Shown here piece after piece: positions 18,197-27,940 of a stretch of DNA of 53,840 bases. The notes beneath the pieces were generated by a model that worked only from the letters and a program-made list of their open reading frames with translations, was not told the origin of the DNA and did no database searches. This DNA is from a virus (lineage: Duplodnaviria > Caudoviricetes). Location of the stretch: IMG/VR virus record IMGVR_UViG_3300032295_000430, positions 1 to 53,840 of that record. One strand, written 5' to 3'. The first letter of the stretch is position 1. The number at the start of each line of letters is the position of its first letter. The position numbers were made by a program, and so were the translations under genes.

Positions 18197-19573
18197 ATGG
18201 CAGACGAAACATCAAATATTGATTACAGCAGTATTGATGACATTGGAACTGAATATTCCGCTAATAATGATCCATCAACAGTTCCTGTGGCGCTTTCTTC
18301 TGCGGGCGCTGGAGATGCTTCATTAAAGGATATTGCAAGTGCCATTATGGGCACAGGCACAGCAAAGGGTGCTGCTCTTGGCGCATTGTTTACTGAGCTT
18401 TTAAAGCAACAAAAGTCTGGCGAGGGCGTTGTCCGTCCGATGGATATGTCTCAGAACATCATCCCCGGAAGAGACACTATAGTTGCTGCGCCAAGGTTCG
18501 TGCCTTATGCTGAGTATGGCGCTCGTGATGTGCCTGCAATGTCTGAAGACATGATGCGGTCTTTCGGTGCTCCGACTGGCCTTGGTTCTCTGATGCCGAT
18601 GAGCCAGTATTCATCTATGCCAATGATGGCCTCTCGCCCTGCGACAACCTTCTCTTCTGTTGGTAGTGGCCGCAACGTAATGCCAACCCTAAACCTGACG
18701 CCTCGTTCTAACGAGCCAATCAGCCCTCTGACGGGTGCTTTGTTGGGTGGTGCTTTGGGTTACTTGGTGACGCCGGAAAGTGCTGCCTCTAATGCTGGAT
18801 CTCGTGCCGTGGGTCAACTATATGACATTGCTGGCGGCGCTTTGGGGAATATAGGTGGTGCATTAGCTGATTTCTTTAAGCCAAGGCCGCAGGATAATTC
18901 TCCTGATTCAAGCCTTGATCCTTACACTTATGTGCCGCCATATGACCCTGATTATGATACACCCTCCACAAATATCTTTGGTGGCGGCATGGGCAGCAAT
19001 TCATACTATCAGCCAAGTACGTCTTATACGTATACACCACCTATTACGTCCGACTATTACACCCCTACTACGAGGCCGACTTACAATTATGGCAGCGACA
19101 GCAGCAGTTATTGGGGCGGAAAAGACGGCGGTATGGCAACGCCTTTGATGGCTGAGGGTGGCTCAGTTCAAGAGCCAAGCTTTTACACCTATGGCACTGT
19201 TGTTGACCCTATGCAAATGCTTGGCGGTGCTCAAAACACTGGTATGGCACAAGGCGGTATGGCACAAGGTGGTTTGCATGTTCCGACCGTTGATGGCCGT
19301 CATGACTACCGTGCCGGCTCCCGCGTCATGGGTGAGGGTGATGGGCAGTCGGATGACATCCCTGCCATGCTTGCAGACGGCGAGTATGTGTTTGATGCGG
19401 ATACCGTAGCCCAACTTGGCAACGGATCCTCAAAGGCAGGTTCTGACATGCTGGACAAGTTCCGTGAAGAAATCCGCGCCCATAAGCGTTCAGCGCCTGT
19501 GAATAAAATCCCACCGGCATCCAAATCACCTCTACAGTATCTGAAGCAGGCTCAATCGAGGAGCAAGAAATGA
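18197..19573 (+). CDS. putative internal virion protein with GG tags and C-terminal GDGQSDDIPAMLADGEYV domain
   Basis: Low-complexity middle; KDGG/MAEGG/MAQGG x2, then a domain resembling tape-measure C-terminal GEFV domains. Confidence 0.6.
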   Translation: MADETSNIDYSSIDDIGTEYSANNDPSTVPVALSSAGAGDASLKDIASAIMGTGTAKGAALGALFTELLKQQKSGEGVVRPMDMSQNIIPGRDTIVAAPRFVPYAEYGARDVPAMSEDMMRSFGAPTGLGSLMPMSQYSSMPMMASRPATTFSSVGSGRNVMPTLNLTPRSNEPISPLTGALLGGALGYLVTPESAASNAGSRAVGQLYDIAGGALGNIGGALADFFKPRPQDNSPDSSLDPYTYVPPYDPDYDTPSTNIFGGGMGSNSYYQPSTSYTYTPPITSDYYTPTTRPTYNYGSDSSSYWGGKDGGMATPLMAEGGSVQEPSFYTYGTVVDPMQMLGGAQNTGMAQGGMAQGGLHVPTVDGRHDYRAGSRVMGEGDGQSDDIPAMLADGEYVFDADTVAQLGNGSSKAGSDMLDKFREEIRAHKRSAPVNKIPPASKSPLQYLKQAQSRSKK

Positions 19574-20055
19574 GACGCGGCCCAAGATATGAGGCTATGC
19601 AAAAGGGGGAATCGCATTATTTTACTGGCGTCCCCTGTAAGCATGGTCATATTTCCATGAGGCACACAAAATGCAAATCGTGTATGGAATGCCGCGCTAT
19701 AGTAAACAGAAGATTAAGGGAACAAGAATCGCCAGAACAAAAAGAAACTAGGCTTGAAATGTCTCGATCTTGGTTTAAAAAGAACAAGCATATGCGTTCT
19801 GTTTATGAGGCGGAGTATCAACATTCAAAACTTCAAAGAACCCCAAAATGGCTTAATGAAGAAGATTTTTGGATGATAAAAGAGATATATAGTTTGGCGG
19901 CTTTAAGAAGTAAGGTTTTTGGTTTCTTGTGGCATGTTGATCATATTATCCCTGTCAGAGGGAAAAAAGTATCTGGTCTTCATGTTCCGTCAAATCTTCA
20001 AGTTATACCTTGGATTGATAACGTAAAGAAGCATAACAAGTTTGATGGAGTATAA
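19570..20055 (+). CDS. HNH homing endonuclease
   Basis: PCKHGH…CMEC; QRTPKW…WHVDHIIP…VSGLHVPSNLQVI…N; AT-richer than its flanks. Confidence 0.9.
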   Translation: MRRGPRYEAMQKGESHYFTGVPCKHGHISMRHTKCKSCMECRAIVNRRLREQESPEQKETRLEMSRSWFKKNKHMRSVYEAEYQHSKLQRTPKWLNEEDFWMIKEIYSLAALRSKVFGFLWHVDHIIPVRGKKVSGLHVPSNLQVIPWIDNVKKHNKFDGV

Positions 20056-20057
20056 AA

Positions 20058-20942
20058 ATGGCCGATTTATTTCAAGGTGAAGCGCTACCAGCGTTAACGA
20101 CCGTTACCCAAGCGCAGCAGACTGCGCCTGAGTTCTATACCAACTATCTGCAAGACATCGCCAACCTCGGTCAGGCAGGCGTCCAGATGGGCGGTGTGGC
20201 CGGCATGTCACCACTGCAGCAGCAGGCGCTTGCCATGGCACCTACGGCGGCTTTCTCGGGCATGGGCACCATGGGTACTGGCGCTGATCTGGCGACGGCT
20301 GCAGGGTCTACTACAGCCCCTCAGATGGTCGGTCAGTACATGAACCCATACACCACCAACGTTGTGGATGAGATGGCTCGTCTGCAGAACCGCCAAATCC
20401 AGCAAAGCATTTTGCCTTCGTTGCGGGGCGCGGCTGGTGCCATGGGTTCGTTTGGCTCAAAGAGACAGTTTGATGCGACAGGACAGACTCTGCGTGATTT
20501 GCAGGCTGACCTGCTGGGCAAGCAGGCTGGTGTATTGAGCGCTGGCTATCAGAACGCTATGACGGCGGCTCAGGCAGATCTTCAGCGTGCGATGCAATCC
20601 GGTCAGGTACTGGGTGGGCTGGGTCAACTGCAGAGTCAGGCTGGCACGACAGGTCTGGGTACATTGAGCACGCTGGGTGGCACAGAGCAGGCTTTGGGGC
20701 AGCGTATGCTGGACTACCCAATGGCTCAGGCTCAGGCGTACTCCAAGCTTCTGCAGGGCTACCAGATTCCGACCGGGGAGACCAAGCAGACTGTGGGCTC
20801 TACAGGCTACAGCACAAGCCCACTGGCACAGCTTACAGGTCTGCTGGCAGCGCTTGGTAGCTTTGGTAAGCCGACTGCTACGACCACAATAACAGGCACT
20901 CCAGTAAGCTCTGGTGTTGTTGGTGGTGCTCCAACAAAATAA
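20058..20942 (+). CDS. putative DNA ejection / pilot protein
   Basis: Q/G/A-rich; QYMNPY…GSFGSKR pattern; C-terminal hydrophobic helix. Confidence 0.6.
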   Translation: MADLFQGEALPALTTVTQAQQTAPEFYTNYLQDIANLGQAGVQMGGVAGMSPLQQQALAMAPTAAFSGMGTMGTGADLATAAGSTTAPQMVGQYMNPYTTNVVDEMARLQNRQIQQSILPSLRGAAGAMGSFGSKRQFDATGQTLRDLQADLLGKQAGVLSAGYQNAMTAAQADLQRAMQSGQVLGGLGQLQSQAGTTGLGTLSTLGGTEQALGQRMLDYPMAQAQAYSKLLQGYQIPTGETKQTVGSTGYSTSPLAQLTGLLAALGSFGKPTATTTITGTPVSSGVVGGAPTK

Positions 20943-20954
20943 ACGAGGTTAGAT

Positions 20955-23009
20955 ATGGCAGATAACGAGAAGGGCGGGCTATCTTCTGTAGACCCTATGG
21001 CCGATTTTTCACAAAAAATTCGGCAGCAAACCTTAGAAAGCCAGCAGGTTTTGGACGCCCATCGTAAACGGTTGATGGAGTTAGTGTCCTCCCGTCAACA
21101 GATGCCGTTCGACCCTGCCATGATGGCGCTGTCGGCTGGCTTGTTGTCGCCTACAAAGACTGGTGGCTTCGGTGAGTCGCTTGCCGCTGGTATGACCGGC
21201 TATGCTGCGGAAGCAGAGAAGCAGTTCCGCCGTCAGCAGGAAGAGGCCAAGCTTGGGTATGAGCTTGAGATGGCTGCGCAGGAGCAAAAGCGCAAGATGA
21301 TGGGTCAGCAGTTCTTTGGTGAGCTGGCGTCAAGAAAGAAGACTACGCTTTCGCCGCAATCGGCAACAGAAGCTCCCGCAGTAGTGCCTTCAGCAGCTCC
21401 TTCAGATGCATCCAGTGCACCTCCTGTAGTAAGAGCAGACGCTTCCATTCGTTCAGAAGTTGCGCAAGCGCCTGTAAAAGAAGCGCCACCGGCTCCAAGT
21501 TCGCCTAGTCAAGTGTTGGCGCAGGTTAACAAGAATGACCAGCAAATTAGAAACTTGCTCGGGAAGATTCAAACTAGCGGTTCAGATGCATTTGCTGACA
21601 TCAGCAATGAAGAGATTGCTATGCTTGAAATGTACTCCCCAGAGTACGCAAAGATGATCAACAGCTACCGTGATGCTGTAAACAAAGGCACCACGCTGGA
21701 TGTATCAAGGCTGAATGCTTTCGTGTCTGCATCCAAGCTTGAGCTGGACAAAGTTCAAGAGATGCGCAATCAAGCTGAACTTGAATTGAAACAGAAAGAA
21801 TCTAAGCTCAGAGAACGTGAGGTTGGAACCAAGGAAGAAAGCATTAAACGTAATTTGCCGGGCGTTGGCACAACTGAAATGCCTTTGAAGTTTTGGAATG
21901 CGCTTGACGCTGCCGAAGACTTTGACGCAGTTCAAAAGCTTTACAAGAAATTTAATTTGCCACTTAACACAACTGTTGGTACTGATGGTCAGTTGCGCTT
22001 TATGACGCCTAGTGAAATCGAGGTAAAGAAAGAGCGCGAACAGGCGCGGTTTACTCAATCTCCAATCAAGCGTCAGATACCTGAGCTTGGCACTGGAACG
22101 TATGAGATCAACCCAATTGACTTTGCTGACTATCAGGCTGCAAAGAGAAAAGGGCCAGATGCTCTGCAGTTGTGGTTCAACCAAAGTGAATTCTCTGGTC
22201 AGAACGTCAAAATACCTAATGCAAAGATTGGTAACTTTGGCGCAGACTCAAAGGTTGAGAGCGTTGAAGAGCGTGCTGTCACAGAGTCCCGGCAGAAAAA
22301 GCTTGCTGAGAAAGAAGCCGAAAACACTATTGCTTTGGATGGCACTATCCGTAACGCTGGCAGACAGGCTGATGCAATTATTCAGAACTCCGACAACTTG
22401 TTAGATCTAATGAAGAAGCCTGAATACTCTGGTGCTTGGGGTATGTTCTCTGGCCCCGGCGTCAAGAATGCCGCCGTTCGATTCATCAGTAGCGGTATTG
22501 ATGTGGGTAACTTCAGGGTTGGTATGCCTGCGTTTGAAGCTGCTTTGAAGCAGGCGAAGATGACTGACGATCAGGTTGAGGCGTCTATTCGTGCTATGCA
22601 GATCTATGGTGAGCAGAAGCTTCAGGTTGCTCGTCGAGACCTTGCTGGTGAGGGTTCTGTGTCTGACGGTGAACGTCGATTGGTCGGCGATGTTGCCGGC
22701 GGCGTTGATATGCCTCTTAAGTCTGCAATGGCACTTGCTGAGTTGTTTAAATATCGTGGTGAGTTCGACAAGAAAACCGCCACGATGTACAACCAGTGGC
22801 GTGACAAGAACCCTGCTATGGCTGGTAACCGCTTCTTTGACACTGACGAATATCGTTCTTTGGTTAAGAGTTACGATGTTGTAATGAATGATCTGCGTCA
22901 GAAGTATTACCCAAGTAAAACAAAGCCAGCGGCCAAATCAGAATCTTCGCAGTCAAGTACAGCACCGGCCAAAAAAGGCAAAGAAAATCCTTACTTACAG
23001 GGGCAATGA
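20955..23009 (+). CDS. putative ejection protein (helical)
   Basis: 684 aa; AGLLSPTKTGGFGESL; coiled coils; GSVSDGER. Confidence 0.55.
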   Translation: MADNEKGGLSSVDPMADFSQKIRQQTLESQQVLDAHRKRLMELVSSRQQMPFDPAMMALSAGLLSPTKTGGFGESLAAGMTGYAAEAEKQFRRQQEEAKLGYELEMAAQEQKRKMMGQQFFGELASRKKTTLSPQSATEAPAVVPSAAPSDASSAPPVVRADASIRSEVAQAPVKEAPPAPSSPSQVLAQVNKNDQQIRNLLGKIQTSGSDAFADISNEEIAMLEMYSPEYAKMINSYRDAVNKGTTLDVSRLNAFVSASKLELDKVQEMRNQAELELKQKESKLREREVGTKEESIKRNLPGVGTTEMPLKFWNALDAAEDFDAVQKLYKKFNLPLNTTVGTDGQLRFMTPSEIEVKKEREQARFTQSPIKRQIPELGTGTYEINPIDFADYQAAKRKGPDALQLWFNQSEFSGQNVKIPNAKIGNFGADSKVESVEERAVTESRQKKLAEKEAENTIALDGTIRNAGRQADAIIQNSDNLLDLMKKPEYSGAWGMFSGPGVKNAAVRFISSGIDVGNFRVGMPAFEAALKQAKMTDDQVEASIRAMQIYGEQKLQVARRDLAGEGSVSDGERRLVGDVAGGVDMPLKSAMALAELFKYRGEFDKKTATMYNQWRDKNPAMAGNRFFDTDEYRSLVKSYDVVMNDLRQKYYPSKTKPAAKSESSQSSTAPAKKGKENPYLQGQ

Positions 23010-24475
23010 TGGATAAGGCAACGCCAATTCTTGAGAGTCCGCAATGGAAAAACGCCTCCAAAGAAGAGAGGGAGTTGATTTTTGCTCGTCGTGTTGCAAA
23101 AGATCCTGACTATGCAAATGCTGACGGTGAAACTCAGGCGTTGATACGTCAGCGTTTTGGGCTGGGAGATGTGACGCCAGTTGAAAAGCCTGCCCCAGCA
23201 CCAGCAGAAGCCCCTGCTGAGGCTCCCGCTGAAGAGTTTTCTCCTGTTGCGCCAATGCCTGAGCACATTGCAAATCCGCCTGCTATGCAAGGCCGTAGTT
23301 TCGACAATGTCGATATGGGCTTGGCTGGGGGTAGCTTAGGTGCCGTTAAAGGATTGCTAGAGAAATACCTTCTTTCGCCTGATAAGCTCCAGCGCGATCT
23401 GTATGCCCGGTCAATTAAAAATGTTCTGGCGGAAGCTGGTATAGACCTTTACCGCGTCAAAGATGAAGCCACTTTGATTGACATGGCGCGTAACCTGACT
23501 GGTCAGCAGTTGGCTGGCAAGCAGGCTCAATTAGGGCAATTGACTGAGCAGGCTGGGCAGTTCCGCAGCATGCTGCCACCTGAGCCACCAATTAGTACAG
23601 GTTTCCCTTCGGCGCTTGACGATCTAGCGCAGGCTGGTCGTGCCTCTGGCGCTAAGGTAGAGGGTGCCTCTGGTGCTTCTAACTGGATGCGTGCCATGGC
23701 AGGTGAGGGGCATCAGCTTCCGAATGTAGCCCTTGAGGCTGCACAGGACATGACTAAGACCAACCCAAGGGGTGGTCAGGCGCTGATCAATAAAGACTTA
23801 GCCAATCTGCAAAAGATTAATCAATTGGGTGGTGGTCAGTACCAGCTTGCCGGCCAAGGTCGTGGTCAGTTGATGCTGCCACCGCAGGAAGCCGCTGCAG
23901 TTACGGCTCAAGAGTCCGCTAGAGTCGCCCAGCAGGCCGAAGTAGCCAGAGACGCGCTTCGGATCATCCAGCCCCAAATAGCGACCGTAGAGGCTGAAAT
24001 AGCCCGTCTGTCGCGCCTTGGTAAGGATGTATCTCAGTTCACAGCACGGCTTGAGGGTTTGCGTAGAGCTGAGCGCACTGCTCGTAATGCTCTTGGCCGG
24101 GGCTTGAATATTCCTGCGCAGGCAGAGATTGGGCCTCTGGCTAGGCTTGGCTATAGCTCCTCTGTTGGGCGTGTACTGCCTGTGTTGGGTAACGCTTTGG
24201 CGGGCGCTAGTGCCTTCTATGACATTGGTGAGGCGTTTGACCGTAGCAGCAACAAAGACCCTCTGGGGGCTGCTGTGCACGGCCTGTCGGCTGTATTTAA
24301 TACGATGTCTATGGTGCCGCCAACCTCTCCAATCGCAGCGGGCGTTAAGGGGGTGGGCATACTGGGAAGCTTAGGAATGATGGTTCCTAAATTTATGCTC
24401 CCCGGTGAGTCAGATCTTATGAACAGGATTGAGCAAATTCGCCCCGGAGAAAGATTCCCCGCAGGGCAGAAATAG
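23006..24475 (+). CDS. putative ejection protein with C-terminal hydrophobic helices
   Basis: Last gene of the late operon. Confidence 0.55.
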   Translation: MMDKATPILESPQWKNASKEERELIFARRVAKDPDYANADGETQALIRQRFGLGDVTPVEKPAPAPAEAPAEAPAEEFSPVAPMPEHIANPPAMQGRSFDNVDMGLAGGSLGAVKGLLEKYLLSPDKLQRDLYARSIKNVLAEAGIDLYRVKDEATLIDMARNLTGQQLAGKQAQLGQLTEQAGQFRSMLPPEPPISTGFPSALDDLAQAGRASGAKVEGASGASNWMRAMAGEGHQLPNVALEAAQDMTKTNPRGGQALINKDLANLQKINQLGGGQYQLAGQGRGQLMLPPQEAAAVTAQESARVAQQAEVARDALRIIQPQIATVEAEIARLSRLGKDVSQFTARLEGLRRAERTARNALGRGLNIPAQAEIGPLARLGYSSSVGRVLPVLGNALAGASAFYDIGEAFDRSSNKDPLGAAVHGLSAVFNTMSMVPPTSPIAAGVKGVGILGSLGMMVPKFMLPGESDLMNRIEQIRPGERFPAGQK

Positions 24476-24528
24476 TCTGTAGTGCCACCCGCCTTGCAAC
24501 GACGGGTGGTTTCATCCTTGGTGGATGT

Positions 24529-24560
24529 CCCCCGAGCTCCCCTTCCTCGGGGGTTTTTTT
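24529..24560 (+). terminator. Rho-independent terminator ending the late operon
   Basis: CCCCCGAG-loop-CTCGGGGG followed by T7, between convergent operons. Confidence 0.85.
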
Positions 24561-24810
24561 ATCCCCTTCGCTCCCTGATAAGCTTGGCAACCTCTGGGTT
24601 GACGTTATCCAGAATCTTCAAGATCTCATCACGCTCGGCCTTGGCAATGTCTTTGCCTACCACCAGTATGAGCTTCTCTGAGTATTCAATCAATTCAACC
24701 TCGTCAACGTACATCCCCCCCGGCATGCTGTTCCCACACTGAAAGAACACCTGCTTGATGATGTCTTCGTTGACGAACTTTTGTGCCTCTTCACGCATTT
24801 CTTTACTCAC
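24559..24810 (-). CDS. hypothetical protein
   Basis: Packed in the leftward operon. Confidence 0.65.
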   Translation of the reverse strand: MSKEMREEAQKFVNEDIIKQVFFQCGNSMPGGMYVDEVELIEYSEKLILVVGKDIAKAERDEILKILDNVNPEVAKLIRERRG

Positions 24811-25179
24811 TTAAACCTCCAGTCGCATAACTTCAAATACATTGTTTTCTTTGTCTTTTCTGCCTGTATGGCCGCCAGAGCCAAATATTCCATGCGCATA
24901 AGAAGCGGCTGTAGAGGCTATTGCTTGCAATTCATAATCCCCGGCAGGTATGTACGCAACCTCACCAACCTTGAGGTCAGCAATGTAAGGCTTTACATAA
25001 TTTAAAAGGATGCCTCTTCCATATTTATAAGAAAACGCTCTTTTGCCTTCGCGTCTTTTTTTTACAACAACCTCCAAAGTCCCGTGCTTCTCTCCGTTTG
25101 CCAAAATGGCGTATTCAACTTCAATGGAGTTGAGTAACTTTATGGCTTTAGTCAAAACAGATTTTTGTATCTCTAACAT
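24811..25179 (-). CDS. hypothetical protein
   Basis: 122 aa, AT-rich. Confidence 0.7.
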   Translation of the reverse strand: MLEIQKSVLTKAIKLLNSIEVEYAILANGEKHGTLEVVVKKRREGKRAFSYKYGRGILLNYVKPYIADLKVGEVAYIPAGDYELQAIASTAASYAHGIFGSGGHTGRKDKENNVFEVMRLEV

Positions 25180-25192
25180 GTCAGTACCCCTT

Positions 25193-25966
25193 TCATTCGT
25201 GTTGATTTTTAAGCTGCCAGTACGCCAGAAGGTGCGTGAACATCTCCCAGCCTCTTTGTAGGTCTTCTTCTGCCCACTCTTTAATTACAGCCAACTCCGG
25301 GTCATTGCGAGACACAAACACGTTTGCGCATCTTGCCTCCGGCATCCCTAGCCCTACCCGGTAGGCGGCAAGCTGAAGCAGGTGCTCGTCGTACCATAGG
25401 GGCTTGGATGTGTCGGTGAACTCCTTAGTCTTGATGTCCACCACGATCCCGCCTGCGTCTGTGGTGTGCATGTCGCACTTACCGCCAAACCCCAGCTCAT
25501 GGCCGAAGGAACGCTCAGCAATCCAGTTTAAATCGCCGTAGTGGCTCTTAATCAGGTTGACGCAGGCTGCGACATGGAATGGGTATCTGGACTCCTTCTT
25601 GCCCTCGTAGAAGCTTTGGATGGCCTCGTGGATCTCTGTGCCCTTGTCTGCTGCATCCTTGCCCTGCTGTTTAGAGTCCTGTACCACCCGCTTTAGCCAT
25701 ACTGACTCTGGCTCATCCTCGTCCCGTGGCAGGGTCAAAGCGGCCAGAATAGCCTGCTCCTGCAGCCAAACAGTTAGCCCCGGCTTGGCAACGATGTTCA
25801 GAATGGTGGTGACGCTGGGGATTAAGTTCATCTCTCTGGCGTCCCGCAGGGTGGTGTTCCGTGGTGATCCGTCTTTCTTTGACGGCACGGTGTACATAGG
25901 CGCACCGTCTCTGGTGTACCAGTGTGTAGATTCAGAAGAGTGAACCTGTTTCGCTATGAGTGACAT
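25193..25966 (-). CDS. PD-(D/E)XK exonuclease (Cas4/lambda-exo-like)
   Basis: PSVTTIL; GTEIH; E…GGKCD…VVDIKT; QLAAY. Confidence 0.85.
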   Translation of the reverse strand: MSLIAKQVHSSESTHWYTRDGAPMYTVPSKKDGSPRNTTLRDAREMNLIPSVTTILNIVAKPGLTVWLQEQAILAALTLPRDEDEPESVWLKRVVQDSKQQGKDAADKGTEIHEAIQSFYEGKKESRYPFHVAACVNLIKSHYGDLNWIAERSFGHELGFGGKCDMHTTDAGGIVVDIKTKEFTDTSKPLWYDEHLLQLAAYRVGLGMPEARCANVFVSRNDPELAVIKEWAEEDLQRGWEMFTHLLAYWQLKNQHE

Positions 25967-26234
25967 GTTTTGTCCTAAGTTTTATTGGATGGATATTCTT
26001 GCCTGTAATCGAGCACTTACGGGATGGCAGCTCTTCCAGCAACCCCATGGATAAGAGCTCGTTGACCCTCCCGCAGATTGCTGAAAGCTCAAACCCGGTA
26101 AGTCTTGCAAGCTCTTTCCTTGAGTAGTCTGTAGTGGGTGACATCTTTTCAAGGATGACTGACGCCTGCTTCCCAACCTTTCCAGTATCCTTGTGCTCGA
26201 TGTAGGCTTCTATCGAAGTCGAAGCAACGGTCAT
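25932..26234 (-). CDS. winged-HTH DNA-binding protein
   Basis: SRKELARLTGFELSAICGRVNEL…GLLEE…RKCSITG. Confidence 0.7.
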   Translation of the reverse strand: MTVASTSIEAYIEHKDTGKVGKQASVILEKMSPTTDYSRKELARLTGFELSAICGRVNELLSMGLLEELPSRKCSITGKNIHPIKLRTKHVTHSETGSLF

Positions 26235-26443
26235 TGTTCCCCCAAAAATCCTTCAATGTCTTCAATCGACATGCCGGTTTTCTTGTGAATGATGATCTTC
26301 ATCTCCGCGCTGACGATGTTCCTGTTGGCCCGGATCTTACTGACGGTAGGAGGCTTAATACCTAGCGCCTTCGCCAAGGCTGCGTCATTCTTCAGCCCAT
26401 ATTCTTTTTTTAAAAAATCCAGTAGCGGGTGCGCTAGGTACAT
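26231..26443 (-). CDS. XRE-family HTH protein
   Basis: NDAALAKALGIKPPTVSKIR. Confidence 0.8.
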   Translation of the reverse strand: MYLAHPLLDFLKKEYGLKNDAALAKALGIKPPTVSKIRANRNIVSAEMKIIIHKKTGMSIEDIEGFLGEQ

Positions 26444-26453
26444 TTATTTCTCC

Positions 26454-27098
26454 TTAGAATGGTTCGTTGGGATCGTCGCCGAATCCGTCATCGTATGGTG
26501 CTTGCTTCCCACTATCCTTGTTCCGCGCTTGGAACTCAGGGCTTGTCGAGATAGTCTTGCGGATGCCTTCAGATAGCTTGTTGAATGTATCCTCGTCACT
26601 TTTCTCAATGCTGTAGATCATTGTGTCGTTATGAGGATCTGGCAGGCCAGCCTTCTTGATCTGCGCAGGCACTGGGTTGATGGTCTCAATGTTGGTGTAT
26701 TCCTTGCCATCACCGCCAACGCTCTTTGTGACGTTTAGCATTGCCCAGACGCCCAAGAGCTTCTCAAGGTTGAAGCCTCTGCGCTCGTCTGCAGTAAATG
26801 CCGATCCACGCCACGACTCAAGATCCTGAGACAGTGTGGCCTTCTCACCGAGGGACAGGGTGTAGCGCTTTGAGATGGACAGTGGCTCACCCTTGTCAGT
26901 CAAGAGAGGGTTGCCTTGCGCGTCTTCTGAGTGGATCTCAAATTGCACCAAGACCTTACGCAGGAACTTGTCTGTACCTTTGTAGGTGGACTTCTGTGTA
27001 CCAAGATCGACAATACGGAAGCAACGGGCAAGGTGCATACCTGTTGGAACCGGGGTGAATGAAGAGTTATTGGACTCTGCTTTCGCTATTAAAGACAT
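26454..27098 (-). CDS. putative single-stranded DNA-binding protein
   Basis: GMHLARCFRIVDLGTQ; OB-like strands; acidic C-tail ending DDPNEPF. Confidence 0.65.
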   Translation of the reverse strand: MSLIAKAESNNSSFTPVPTGMHLARCFRIVDLGTQKSTYKGTDKFLRKVLVQFEIHSEDAQGNPLLTDKGEPLSISKRYTLSLGEKATLSQDLESWRGSAFTADERRGFNLEKLLGVWAMLNVTKSVGGDGKEYTNIETINPVPAQIKKAGLPDPHNDTMIYSIEKSDEDTFNKLSEGIRKTISTSPEFQARNKDSGKQAPYDDGFGDDPNEPF

Positions 27099-27252
27099 GA
27101 TTTTCCTTTCGCTTCAGGGCGGGTAGACCACATTCAGATCGAAGAATCGCCCAGTCTTCTTCGGTGGCAAAACCTTTGTATGCGCTATCAAACGCTTGTT
27201 CAAGTATGTGCTGGCGCTCAAGCATCATCTGCTGGTATTCGGCGTCAGTCAT
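27067..27252 (-). CDS. hypothetical protein
   Basis: 61 aa, in operon. Confidence 0.6.
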   Translation of the reverse strand: MTDAEYQQMMLERQHILEQAFDSAYKGFATEEDWAILRSECGLPALKRKENHVFNSESRVQ

Positions 27253-27377
27253 ATGTTCTTCTCATCTAATTTTGCGTGTACTTTATCTTCAACATATGCT
27301 TTTGCAATGTCGTATGCCAAAACAATAAACGCAACAGGAACCATCAATCCCACAAGCGGGATTAAAATTATCTTCAT
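27249..27377 (-). CDS. small membrane protein (MKIILIPLVGLMVPVAFIVLAY…; not in the ORF track)
   Basis: 42 aa; ATGA-coupled on both sides. Confidence 0.6.
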   Translation of the reverse strand: MKIILIPLVGLMVPVAFIVLAYDIAKAYVEDKVHAKLDEKNI

Positions 27378-27940
27378 GTGTTCTTTTCCTTTAGCTTGGA
27401 TTCGATGTGCTCTACCGACCATCCAGTAGCCTCTTCTCTTTCCTCATCCGTCAGCCCCTGCCATTCGCGCTGTGGTGGGGCGTTAACGGTCAAGATGCCA
27501 TCCTGCTTTGCACCGCACTTTGTGCATTCAACTTCCATTAGATACTTGTCAGCCACCGGCTTCGGTTCAGCCTGTGGTGGGGTGGTGTAGAGTGGTTGGT
27601 CTGTCGGGTATAACTTTTCCGGTACAACCTGCCATCCGTAGCCCGTAAAACTATGCAACCACGCCACCGGCTCCGGTTCAGGCTGCGCTTCGTAGTTCGC
27701 CCTCACAAGCACTACGCTTGCGGCATGATCTGGCAGAAACTCAATGCGCCATAAATCGCCTTTAATCACCACATCACGATACTCCGGTTCAGGCTGCGCG
27801 AGCCGGGCGCGAAGTCTTGAAACAGCTATAGAGCATTCATGAAACGCATTACCGTCCATTGCATCTGCTGCCCGCTGCCCCATACCAAGAAACGCATCCA
27901 GCACCTGCTGCGCTTCCTCGCGTGTTAGTGTGATGGTCAT
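27374..27940 (-). CDS. mosaic accessory protein with AQPEPEPVA repeats
   Basis: Repeated QPEPE/EPVA junctions; WQGLTDEE…KLKEKN C-terminus. Confidence 0.75.
   Translation of the reverse strand: MTITLTREEAQQVLDAFLGMGQRAADAMDGNAFHECSIAVSRLRARLAQPEPEYRDVVIKGDLWRIEFLPDHAASVVLVRANYEAQPEPEPVAWLHSFTGYGWQVVPEKLYPTDQPLYTTPPQAEPKPVADKYLMEVECTKCGAKQDGILTVNAPPQREWQGLTDEEREEATGWSVEHIESKLKEKNT

Noticed and set aside
23190-23232. PAPAPAEAPAEAPAEE short repeat
   Set aside because: Ordinary low-complexity linker
16197-24475. Tape measure protein / long tail
   Set aside because: No single long TMP, tail tube, tail chaperone frameshift pair or baseplate genes were recognised; the layout fits podovirus ejection proteins despite the TMP-like GEYV domain
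25193-25966. Cas4 / CRISPR system
   Set aside because: PD-(D/E)XK nuclease lacks a clear four-Cys Fe-S set, lies near the putative SSB, and no repeat-spacer array was seen anywhere
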